Source: Selaginella moellendorffii (lineage: Eukaryota; Plantae; Lycopodiophyta). Taken from it: DNA of 64,000 bases. The stretch lies in assembly GCF_000143415.4 (NCBI RefSeq), contig NW_003314299.1, positions 1,490,559-1,554,558 of the forward strand. The letters run 5' to 3'. The position numbers and the translations under genes were made by a program. Shown here in pieces: positions 41,415 through 53,159 of the stretch. The notes beneath the pieces were generated by a model. It searched no databases and was not told where the DNA came from. It saw only the letters and a list, made by a program, of their open reading frames with translations. Positions within the stretch are counted from its first letter, which is position 1. Each line of letters begins with the position of its first letter.

Positions 41415-42370
41415 GACGAGATGAGCCACATTTCTACTGAGTAGTAGGAACATTCAGGTTAGCAGTGATTTTCAAAAGCGTAGTTTTGCTCCTTGTCCTC
41501 CGAGAAACTGACCTCTGGTTGTCGCAGTAGAAAGCTGGTCGACATGTCCCAGCCACCCGGTCAAATAAATCTAGTGACATGGGCAAAGACCGCTGCTCAA
41601 CAGCAAGGAGGGACTGGAGATCCTCGGCTCTATACAATGTTCCATTTGACAACCTCGTCAGGGTGGCAGCGATCACCTCCAGCCGGACGTCTCTCACAGG
41701 CCTCTCATGCAGTCGTCCAGGCGTTGAAGCTAATATACAACGACTCGGACGCCAGCGACGGTATCGTGTCCGGCAATGGCAGCATGCCCAGGGAAAGCCA
41801 GCAGCAGGACGTAAAGTCGAGGAATCCTTTTGTCGGCGGTGGTGGAGCGTACGCAAGCGGTGGTGGTGGTGGTGGTGGTGACGACGAGAGAATTCGCACT
41901 GCGGCGAGACACGGCTGGGAGAGTGACTCGTTCAACAGCATTGACTACGACTCTAGGACGTTTGGTGGAGATTACCAAGGACGCTTCGGCTTGATCGATG
42001 TCGCCGCAGTGGGAGATGACGCGCATTGCTGCTGCTCCCCCAGCTTGACAGTGCTACCGAGTGAGAAACACGCAGTGAGTGTTGGTGCTACTGCGGTACA
42101 AGCGGGACGATGCTAACAGGAACGACCATAGTGACATTTGGCTGCTATAGTTTTTAGAGGGAGCGGGGCGGCGATGGTGGTTGGCGGAGATAGAAGGGAT
42201 AGATTGATCATTGTTTCACACAGGCTAGTCGTATTCTTGCTCGAGATGATGGTTTCGAGCTCGGCTTCTCATCGATTTGGATTTTCTTGCTGGGTGTTTG
42301 CTACTGGAGTATAGCAAGATCACGGGAGCAAAAGAAGGCGAGCTTGAGTTCCTGGCTCGGGAAACAAGCT
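41415..42370 (+). pseudogene. ALE2-like kinase 3' fragment and 3' UTR (copy a)
   Basis: [17 protein letters not shown] and [17 protein letters not shown]. It retains the ALE2 intron and has frameshifts and deletions. Confidence 0.88.
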
Positions 42371-42435
42371 GTCTATGCCAGAGTATCGAAAAAACGGCTT
42401 AATAGTAAACGTAGGGCACAGTATTGCGCGCAGCA

Positions 42436-44317
42436 ATGCTTTCCAGTTCTTTTCGTAGAAGTCTCTCGACGCTAGGCAGTTTTTCTCCGCTGCCCTCGCT
42501 TGGTCGTTTGTCTCCGCTTCCGGGCAGTTTATCTGCGGATCTGAGGCGTACGCTTCATCTATCGCCCGTGTATCGTACCGAGATTTTGAAACCAGGGGTA
42601 GGATTTAATGATCTTGTCAACGCAAGGGGTATTGGCTATGCTGGGGCCATGTCCAAGTTCGTCGCCAAAGCTGCACGGCCGCATGAGGAGGAGGCAGCGG
42701 CGATGGACGTGCACGAATGCGTGTGCATAGATGCCATGATCGCCAAATGGCATGCTGAAGATCCAGACGAGACGCTGTTCCTGGTGCTGGCACTCTGCTA
42801 CATCGCCCGCCTCTCCGATGCCGAGAGGAGCGCGTGCGCTGCAACGCTGGGCTGGGACGGCGCGCGAGCGCGGATGGACTGCATGGTTGATTTCGCTCGC
42901 CGGGTGCTCCTCTCGCAGACTCCAATCCTTGACTCGTTAGAAGCATCGAGGCAAGAGGAGGAAGTGACCGGTCACCTGGAGCGTTTGTGGAGCGCGTTTT
43001 GCAGGGAGAGGAACATGAAAGGTTTGTAACTTTTCTTGGTTTTCTAATGACGGTTTTAGATCTTTGTTTTGGAAGTGTGCTCCAAGGAGGTGGTGCGCAC
43101 TGATATCGATATGGATTTCTTTCCTGCAGAGCCTTACCGCAAGCCTTGCAATGGGGAATTTAGATGTAAGAAGTTTTTTATTTACCTGGTTTCTCTTGTC
43201 GACAACTCTTTCAGGGCGCTGCAAAGGGGACGTGGAGGAGAAGTGGGACATCAAATTCTCCCCTCTGAGTACCACGTTTGCGGGGGAAGTGCCAAAGCTA
43301 CTGGACTTGGTATCCAAAGTTGTGAACAGCGACTTCTTCTTTTTTCACCCGGTGGACAACATGGTGAGTAACTCAAATTCTTGAAATCTCTGATCTTTAT
43401 AAGTTCTGTCCACAGGGGTGGAATATGCGATCGGTTGTGCGTGACCAAGCTCGACGAGACCAAGTAAAATTGGTTTACTCGCTGCTTGCAGGACATCGAG
43501 TCCCGCCGCCTTGGCCGTTTGTCGAAATGGACGGCGTCATGTCTGCACCCCTGCGGGTCAAGGAACTGGTACTGCTGCTCGAAGGGATTCACAACAACAA
43601 ACTCCTGCGATCGCTCGCCCTCGAGAGGCCACCGCTGTCCGTGTTGCCACACTACCATGCCATCTCGACTTGCACGCAGCACGCTCGTATCTGGCTTGGG
43701 CGCTACGACCTCCGAATCTATTACGACCACAAGTTGACGTGTAAGTTTTGTGCCTCTCCAGAGCTATATATGTTCCAAGTGTTTTGTTGGACTAGATGGC
43801 CGGCTTGGAACACAGGATTCTAGCACGCAAGAGGAGGAGGAAGTATGTACATGTTTGTGTTTGCAAGCTTTTATTCTTTTCTTTCTTGCCAGGTTCTAGC
43901 AAATGGTTTCTACAAGGAGCGCACTCCGTCCTTTATGGAGAAAGCTGTGAGGATGTGCACTATGGGAGAGATGTGGTACTAGCATCCATTCTCTAACACA
44001 CATTAAAATATCGGCATGATTTGTTTTTGTGATACAGGGTGTCCTCCAACGAAAAGGAAGAGGCATTGCTGATGAACATGCGGCCAGAGGACTACGATCT
44101 CGCAAAGCCACCGGACACAGCGATGTGGCGTGCTTATAGACAATACGTTGGGCATCCCGTGGTGGTTCCAAAAGAGCAGCCCAAGATTGGAGCAGCCCAA
44201 GTCCTTTCGGATATCAACTATGAATACACCCGGTACCTTGGCTGGGAGACAAAGTCGAAACACAGCGAAGATGGTCTCTTTCCACTACCCGTACCAACTC
44301 TCCATGAAATCTTATAA
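42436..44317 (+). CDS. Uncharacterised 519-aa protein with a mitochondrial-presequence-like N-terminus (7 exons), intact copy 1
   Basis: Exons 42436-43021, 43076-43165, 43215-43363, 43416-43740, 43796-43842, 43893-43975 and 44038-44317. All introns are GT-AG and phase-compatible, giving 1560 nt with no internal stop. Confidence 0.72.
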
Positions 44318-45124
44318 ATTCTGTATGAAGAGTAAAGAATATATCTAGAATATCCCGGCATATTCTAAAGTATTTTTTAAGCCTGTTAAACTAATCAATT
44401 CCGGATAATATTGTTTATCTGTAATACAATTTTTTTGAGGCGCACTTGCTGCATCCTCATGCATATCCTGGAATTCGTTCAATACAAGCTTGGCGTGCGA
44501 GCAAGCGAGTTAGGGGAGGTTTCCAGGGTACAGGGCAACACTCGTGAGATTTTGTTCCTTCCAAAGTTCCTTACACATGACAGTTTGTGTGCTTAAATCA
44601 GTGGAAACCACGAGTCAGGAGGCGTTGTTTCATCAACCATGTTCAAATTCCCGTGCAAAATAGAAATCTGGTTTGTAGTTCTAAAATGGAGAAAAACTGA
44701 CATATAAATTTGTTATTTTTTCTTCTTTGCAAGGTGTTAAATTGACTATGGTCTCTTATGCTTCTGTATTGCCGACAACTGGTTGGTCATGGGATCCACG
44801 CTTTACTGGTTCTATGCCAGGTACCTGCATGTCCATAGAATTTGTAGCGTGTGAGAGCTAGCTAGGTTGCTTGTTTTTAGTTTTCCAGCGTTACAACAAC
44901 TCGGCAGTGCGGCATGCTCAACTTGACGACTTGCCCGTCCTTACTGTGCAGATTGCTGACGCGCTGGAGCCTGGAGAAATGGTGCTTGTTTTTAATTGTT
45001 CGGCATTGTCATGCTTGGTAGTAGCATTCTATTGTCTTGGGTATGCCACTCATGCAAGCAGTATTCCTTTTGTCTTTCACTGAATGCATTGCTTGTGCCT
45101 AGCATATACATCTCTGTGGATCTT

Positions 45125-46150
45125 GACGAGATGAGCCACATTTCTACTGAGTAATAGGAACATTCAGCTAAGCAGTGATTTTCAAAAGCGTAGTTTTGCT
45201 CCTTGTCCTCCGAGAAACTGGGCTCTGGTTGTCGCAGTTACATAGCTCCAGAGTACGCAATGACCGGACATCTTTTGGTGAAGAGCGATGTCTACCTCTA
45301 CGGGGTCGTGCTACTGGGGCTACTGTCGGGCAGAAAGCCGGTCGACATGTCCCAGCCACCCTGTCAAATAAATCTAGCAACATGGGCAAAGACCGCTGCT
45401 CAACAGCAAGGAGACTGGAGATCCTCGGCTCTAAATAATGTTCCATTCGACAACCTCGTCAGGATCACCTCCAGCCGGACGTCTCTCACAGGCCTCTCAT
45501 GCAGTTGTCCAGGCGTTGAAGCTAATGTACAACGACTCGGACGCCAGCGACGGTATCGTGTCCAGCAATGGCAGCATGCCCAGGGAAAGCCAGCAGCAGG
45601 ACGTAAAGTCGAGGAATCCTTTTGTCGGCGGTGGTGGTGATGGCGGTGGTGACGACGAGAGAATCCGCACTGTGGCGAGACACGGCTGGCAGAGTGGCTC
45701 GTTCAACAGCATTGACTACGACTCTAGGACGTTTGGTGGAGATCGGGCAGGGAGGCAGAACGCACTGTCAAGCTGGGGGAGCAGCAGCAATGCGCGTCAG
45801 CTCCCACTGCGGCGACATCGATCAAGCCGAAGCGTCCTTGGTACCGAGCGAGAAACGCGTAATGGGACAGTGAGTGAGTAGGCGCTACTGCAGTACAAGC
45901 GGGAAGATGCTAACAGGAACGACCATAGTGACAGTTTTTAGAGGGAGCGGGGCGGCGGGGTGGTGGTGGCGGAGATGGAAGGGATGGATTGATCATTGTT
46001 TCACGCAGGCTAGTCGGATTCTTGCTCGAGATGATGGTTTCGGCTTCTCATTGATTTGGATCTTCTTGCTGGGTGTTTGCTACTGGAGTATAGCGAGATC
46101 ACAGGAGCAAAAGAAGGCGACCTTGAGTTCCTGGCTCGGGAAACAAGCTG
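45125..46150 (+). pseudogene. ALE2-like kinase 3' fragment and 3' UTR (copy b, in the palindrome spacer)
   Basis: [41 protein letters not shown], followed by frameshifts. Confidence 0.88.
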
Positions 46151-46966
46151 TCCAGAGTGCAGGATGGTGATAGTTTGTAGCATATGATATCGTTGATGAC
46201 AGAGCCATTTGTGGCGAGAGCTCGGGCTACACCTCGAGGCGTTTTCCTGGTCTGGCACAGTAAGGACGGGCAAGTCGTCAAGTTGAGCATGCCGCGCTGC
46301 CGAGTTGTTGTAACGCTGGAAAACTAAATACCAGAAACAAGCAACCTAGCTAGCTCTCACACGCTACAAATTCTATGGACATGCAGGTACCTGGCATAGA
46401 ACCAATAAAGCATGGATCCCATGACCAACCAGTTGTCAGCAATATAGAAGCATAAGAGACCATAACAATTTAACACCTTGCAAAGAAGAAAAAATAACAA
46501 ATTTATATGTTAGCTTTTTCTCCACTTTAGAACTACAAACCAGATTTCTATTTTGCACAGGCATTTGAACATGGTTGATGAAACAACGCCTCCTAACTCG
46601 TGGTTTCCACTGATTTGAGCACACAAACTGTCATGTGTAAGGAACTTTGGAAGGAACAAAATTCTCACGAGGATCCAGATCGCCACACGTGCCCTGGGAA
46701 GCGAATCGAGAAGGAGCTAGCAGGCGCTGAGGGCGCCGCCTGGTCGTGTCGCCTTGTACCCTGGAAACCTCCCCTAACTCGCTTGCTCGCATGCCAAGCT
46801 TGTATCGAACGAATTCCAAGATATGCATGGAGATGCAGCAAGTGCGCAGGAAGCTCTGTGAATGGATGCCTCAAGAAAATTGTATTACATATTATCCGGA
46901 AAAAATACTTTAGAATATGCCGGGATATTCTAGATATATTCTTTACTCTTCATACAGCTTTCTAAT

Positions 46967-48856
46967 TTATAAGATTTCATGGAGAGTTGGTACGGGTAGT
47001 GGAAAAAGACCATCTTCGCTGTGTTTCGACTTTGTCTCCCAGCCAAGGTACCGGGTGTATTCATAGTTGATATCCGAAAGGACTTGGGCTGCTCCAATCT
47101 TGGGCTGCTCTTTTGGAACCACCACGGGATGCCCAACGTATTGTCTATAAGCACGCCACATCGCTGTGTCCGGTGGCTTTGCGAGATCGTAGTCCTCTGG
47201 CCGCATGTTCATCAGCAATGCCTCTTCCTTTTCGTTGGAGGACACCCTGTATCACAAAAACAAATCATGTCGATATTTTAATGTGTGTTAGAGAATGGAT
47301 GCTAGTACCACATCTCTCCCATAGTGCATATCCTCACAGCTTTCTCCATAAAGGACGGAGTGCGCTCCTTGCAGAAACCATTTGATAGAACCTGGCAAGA
47401 AAGAAAAGAATAAAAGCTTGCACACACAAACATGTACATACCTCCTCCTCCTCTTGCGTGCTAGAATCCTGCGTCCCAAGCCGGCCATCTAGTCCAACAA
47501 AACACTTGAACATATATAACTCTGGAGAGGCACAAAACTTACACGTCAATTTGTGGTCGTAATAGATTCGGAGGTCGTAGCGCCCAAGCCAGATGCGAGC
47601 GTGCTGCGTGCAAGTCGAGATGGCATGGTAGTGTGGCAACACGGACAGCGGTGGCCTCTCAAGGGCGAGCGATCGCAGGAGCTTGTTGTTGTGGATCCCT
47701 TCGAGCAGCAGTACCAGTTCCTTGACCCGCAGGGGTGCAGACATGACGCCGTCCATTTCGACAAACGGCCAAGGCGGCGGGACTCGATGTCCTGCAAGCA
47801 GCGAGTAAACCAATTTTACTTGGTCTCGTCGAGCTTGGTCACGCACAACCGATCGCATATTCCACCCCTGTGGACAGAACTTATAAAGATCAGAGATTTC
47901 AAGAATTTGAGTTACTCACCATGTTGTCCACCGGGTGAAAAAAGAAGAAGTCGCTGTTCACAACTTTGGATACCAAGTCCAGTAGCTTTGGCACTTCCCC
48001 CGCAAACGTGGTACTCAGAGGGGAGAATTTGATGTCCCACTTCTCCTCCACGTCCCCTTTGCAGCGCCCTGAAAGAGTTGTCGCAAGAGAAACCAGGTAA
48101 ATAAAAAGACTTCTTACATCTAAATTCCCCATTGCAAGGCTTGCGGTAAGGCTCTGCAGGAAAGAAATCCATATCGATATCGGTGCGCGCCACCTCCTTG
48201 GAGCACACTTCCAAAACAAAGATCCAAAACCGCCATCAGAAAACCAAGAAAAGTTACAAACCTTTCATGTTCCTCTCCCTGCAAAACGCGCTCCACAAAC
48301 GCTCCAGGTGCTCCGTCACCTCCTCGTCTTGCCTCGATGCTTCTAACGAGTCAAGGGTTGGAGTCCGCGAGAGCAGCACCCGGCGAGCGAAATCAACCAT
48401 GCAGTCCATCTGCGCTCGCGCGCCGTCCCAGCCCAGCGTTGCAGCGCACGCGCTCCTCTCGGCATCGGAGAGGCGGGCGATGTAGCAGAGTGCCAGCACC
48501 AGGAACAGCGTCTCGTCCGGATCTTCAGCATCCCATTTGGCGATCATGGCATCTATGCACACGCATTCGTGCACGTCCATCGCCGCTGCCTCCTCCTCAT
48601 GCGGCCGTGCAGCTTTGGCGACGAACTTGGACATGGCCCCAGCATAACCAATACCCCTTGCGTTGACAAGATCATTAAACCCTACCCCTGGTTTCAAAAT
48701 CTCGGTACGATACACGGGCGATAGATGAAGCGTACGCCTCAGATCCGCATATAAACTGCCCGGAAGCGGAGACAAACGAACCCGCGAGGGCAGCGGAGAA
48801 AAACTGCCAAGCGTCGAGAGACTTCTACGAAAAGAACTGGAAAACCTGGAAAGCAT
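46967..48856 (-). CDS. Uncharacterised ~522-aa protein, intact inverted copy 2 of the 7-exon gene
   Basis: Same exon structure as 42436-44317 and an identical last-exon protein. The N-terminus is MLSRFSSSFRRSLSTLG. The frame-shifting indels I saw lie in introns. Confidence 0.72.
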
Positions 48857-48899
48857 TGCGGCCCAATACTGTGCAATACGTTTACTATTAAGCCGTTTA

Positions 48900-49875
48900 T
48901 TCGATACTCTGGCATATGTTACAAACTACCACCATCTTGCACTCTGGACAGCTTGTTTCCCGAGCCAGGAACTCAAGCTCGCCTTCTTTTGCTCCAGTAG
49001 CAAACACCCATCAAGAAGATCCAAATCGATGAGAAGCCGAGCTCGAAACCATCATCTCGAGCAAGAATACGACTCCATCCCTTCCATCTCCGCCACCACC
49101 ACCCCCGCCGCCCCGCTCCCTCTAAAAACTGTCACTATGGTCGTTCCTGTTAGCATCGTCCGTACCGCAGTAGCGCCGACTCACTCACTGTCCCATTACG
49201 CGTTTCTCACTCGGTACCAAGGAAGCTTCGGCTTCCCCGCCCGATCTCCACCAAACGTCCTAGAGTCGTAGTCAATGCTGTTGAACGAGCCACTCTCCCA
49301 GCCGTGTCTCGCCACAGTGCGGATTCTCTCGTCGTCACCACCGCCACCACCACCACCGCTTGCGTACGTTCCACCCGACTTTACGTCCTGCTGCTGGCTT
49401 TCCCTGGGCATGCTGCCATTGCCGGACACGATACCGTCGCTGGCGTCCGAGCCGTTGTACATTAGCTTCAACGCCTGGACGACTGCATGAGAGGCCTGTG
49501 AGAGACGTCCGGCTGGAGGTGATCGCTGCCACCCTGACGAGGTTGTCAAATGGAACATTGTATAGAGCCGAGGACTCCTTGCTGTTGAGCAGCGGTCTTT
49601 GCCCATGTCACTAGATTTATTTGACCGGGTGGCTGGGACATGTCGACCGACTTCTGCCCGACAGTAGCCCCAGTAGCACGACCCCGTAGCGGTAGACATC
49701 GCTCTTCACCAAAAGATGTCCGGTCATTGCGTACTCTGGAGCTATGTAACTGCGACAACCAGAGCCCAGTTTCCCGGAGGACAAGGAGCAAAACTACACT
49801 TTTGAAAATCACTGCTTACCTGAATGTTCCTATTATGTTCCTATTACTCAGTAGAAATGTGGTTCATCTCGTCAA
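48900..49875 (-). pseudogene. ALE2-like kinase 3' fragment and 3' UTR (copy c)
   Basis: Mirror image of copy a, with the same frameshifts. Confidence 0.87.
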
Positions 49876-50419
49876 GATCCAGAGAGATGTTTATGCCAGG
49901 CACAAGCATATGCATGCATTCAGTGAAAGACAAAAGGAATACTGCTCGCGTAAGTGGCATACCCAAGACAATAGAATGCTACTACCAAGCACGAACAATA
50001 AAAAACAAGCACCATATCTCCAGGCTCCAGCGCATCAGCAATCCGCTTCTTTGTGAGCCTGATATCTCGAGGGGAAATGTTGTGCTCGGAAACTTCTTTA
50101 TCTTTTCTCGTGAGGCGTTCAAAGTGTCTACCTCCGCACTGTCAAGCCATGCGTCCTGGAAGAAAGGAGGGAAAAGGGAAATCAAAGCCAGGAGAAAGAC
50201 TTTCTCACATACCAGAGCCTCGAACTTGGTCGTGTCCACATAATGGCCCATCGTAGTATTTCTTCTCTTTCGCATTTAAGTTGAATGGCTCCATCTTAGC
50301 TCAAACAGGTAACAAGGAAAGGATCGCTAACCATTTGTGCACTACGCAGGCAACGACGCCATCTAAGCATCGCCTCAGAGAGAGAAATCACTCCATTGAA
50401 CTAGTTGATATTACATTAA

Positions 50420-52100
50420 TGATGTCGCAGAAACGAGCTGGTACTGGAATCTCCTCTCTTTTGAGCTCCTTCCTTGCGAGCCTCGGTGTGGGGACCATCT
50501 TCGCTGTGTTTCAACTTTGTTGTACTGGGTGTATTTATAGTTGATAGTGGAAAGAACGCGGCCTTCAATCTTGGGCTGCTCTTTTGGAACCACCACAGGA
50601 AGCACGCCACATTGCTGTGTCTGGTGGCTTTGCGAGATCGTAGTCCTCTGGCCGCATGTTCATGAGCCATGCCTTTTCCATTTGGCTGGGGAACACCCTG
50701 CATCACAAAAAGAAAACCATGCCCAGATTTGGTAGAGAATGGATGCTCGTACCACATGTCTACCATAGTGCAGACCCTCACAGCTTTCTCCATGAAGGAC
50801 GGAGTGCGCTCCTTGCAGAAACCATTTGATAGAACCTGGCAAGAAAGAAAAGAATAAAAGCTTGCACACACAAACATGTACATACCTCCTCCTCCTCTTG
50901 CGTGCTATAATCCTGTGTCCCAAGCCGGCCATCTAGTCCAACAAAACACTTGGAACATATATAACTCTGGAGAGGCACAAAACTTACACGTCAACTTGTG
51001 GTCGTAATAGATTCGGAGGTCGTAGCGCCCAAGCCAGATGCGAGCGTTCTGCGTGCAAGCCGAGATAGATCCACAACAACAAGCTCCTGCGATCGCTCCT
51101 CCTCGAGAGACCACCGCTGTCCGTGTTGCCGCACTACCATGCCAGCAGTACCAGTTCCTTGACCCGCAGGGGTGCAGACATGACGCCGTCCATTTCGACA
51201 AACGGGCAAGGCGACCGTACTCGATGTCCTGCAAGCTGCGAGTAAACCAGTTTTACTTGGTCTCGTCGAGCTTGGTCACGCACAACCGAACCCTTGTGGA
51301 AAGAACTTATAAAGGTCAGGGATTTCAAGAATTTGAGTTCATGTTGTCCACGGGGAAGAAGTCGCAGTTTACAACCAGTCCAGTAGCTTTGGTACTTCCC
51401 CCATAAACGTGATATTCGAAGGGGAGAATTTGATGTTCCACTTCTCTTCCCCCTGAAAGTGTCGTCAACAAGAGAAACCAGGAAAAAAAAAGACTTCTTA
51501 CATCTGAATTCCCCATTGCAAGGAGGCTCGGCAGAGAAGAGATCCGTGTCGATAGTGGCACGCTCCACCCCCTTGGAGCTCACTTCCAGAACAATATCGT
51601 AAGGAAACGAAACTTTGGTCTGGATACAAACCTTTGATGTTCCTGTCCTTGCAAAACTTGCTCCACAGGCGCTCCAGATGCTCCTCATGCGTCTAGCGTG
51701 GCAAGGCTTGGAAGTCCAGTCGGTGAGAGAAGCACCCGGTGAGCGAAATCAATCATGCAGTCCATTTGCGATCGCGCGCCATCCCAACCCAGCGTCGCAG
51801 CACACCCGCTCCTCTTGGCATCGGAGAGGCGGGCGATGTAGCAGGGTGCCAGGACCAGGAACAGCGTCTCGTCCCATTTGGCGATCATGGCATCTATACA
51901 TGCGCATTCGTGCACGTCCATCGCCGCTGCCTCCTCCTCATGCGGCCGTGCAGCTCTGGCGACGAACTTGGACATGGCCTCAGCATAACCAATATCGCTA
52001 ATATCATCAAACCCTACCCCTGGTTTCAAGATCTCGGCGATAGATTAAGAAAACTACCTAGCGTCTACGAAAAGAACTGGAAAACCTGGAAAGCATTGCC
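50420..52100 (-). pseudogene. Degenerate near-full-length copy of the 7-exon gene
   Basis: MSKFVARAARPHEEEAAAMDVHECACIDAMIAKW and further homology, with deletions, frameshifts and an internal micro-inversion. Confidence 0.82.
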
Positions 52101-52287
52101 CTACGTCCCTTCTTTGGCAAACATATATGTTACAGAACGATCATGGCATCACTCTCGAGAGCTTTCCCGAGCCAGGAACTCAAGCTCGCCTTCTTTTGCT
52201 TCCTGTGACCTCGGTAGTAAACACTTGCAGCAAGAAACTCCAAGTCGATGAGAAGGCGAGCTCGAAACTACTATCACCACCATCTCC

Positions 52288-52437
52288 ATCCATCACGACC
52301 ACCGGATCGCCATCGCCAGCGCCCAGGTAGCCGATCACCTGGAGGACGTGGGGGTGTGGCGCGACAAGCGCCGCCACCTCCCTCTCAAACGTAACGTCGC
52401 TGCGCTTGAAGACTTTGACGGCCACCGCCTGTCCCAG
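52288..52437 (-). pseudogene. Isolated fragment of a different protein kinase (subdomains II-V)
   Basis: GQAVAVKVFKRSDVTFEREVAALVAPHPHVLQVIGY, flanked by the 11-bp direct repeat ccaccatctcc. Confidence 0.65.
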
Positions 52438-53159
52438 CCACCATCTCCGGTAAGAATCCGACTAGCTTATGTAAATCAATGATTAATCTTCCATCTCCGC
52501 CACCACCACCACCAGCCCGCTCCCATAGAAGAGATAAAAGTAAACTTACGTCAGTAAAGCGTAGTAAGTTGCACTTTGATTCTTCAAGGACAAAACCAGT
52601 TTCAGTAATTTCCAAACATTTATTATAAGGTTTCGAGTATCTGTACAAAACTCTTAACGTTTAATCCAGACTTCTCTTTAGCTGTTGTAACATATAACCT
52701 TTGTGCCAGCCTGAATTAGTTGCGGAATCCGAAATGTCTAGGTATGGACAGTTTCCACAAGGATACGCAAGCACCACACGAAGGAAGAAAAAAGCAAAGC
52801 TTGTCATACCCCGTCAGCCATAGTAATTCTTGGGATTTGCTACAATATCATGTCCAGACAACGGGACATTACTCGTCTTGGTGTCTCACAATTGAAGAAT
52901 TCTTACTCACAGGGCACATTACTTCCAAATCGCTGGAAGAACAGAAGCCCCATCTCCCATTGCCTCGATGCTGTCGTTACCTCAGTATGCTCTCATCTTC
53001 ATGCAAAATCCACCAGAGCGAAAGAGGAAGAATGAATACTTCCACCTCCAGGGAAGCTTACACGGAGCTCACAAGTGCTGGTACTGGAACGTCGAGTGCT
53101 GGTACTGGAATCGTAATAGCGATTGAATCCCACCACGTCTTTCACTTCGTCAAACGGAG

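Larger units (their letters stand above)
40190..51144. repeat. Large inverted repeat (palindrome): left arm ~40190-44949, spacer 44950-46254, right arm 46255-~51144
   Basis: The inner junction 44921-44949 is the reverse complement of 46255-46283. Mirrored ORFs appear throughout, e.g. 43251-43730 vs 47553-48032 and 44039-44317 vs 46967-47245. Confidence 0.93.

Noticed and set aside
43464-43491. Possible extra intron (gtaaaa...ttgcag) in orphan exon 4
   Set aside because: It is only 28 nt, and splicing it would shift into a frame not conserved in the diverged copy. The unspliced frame is open.
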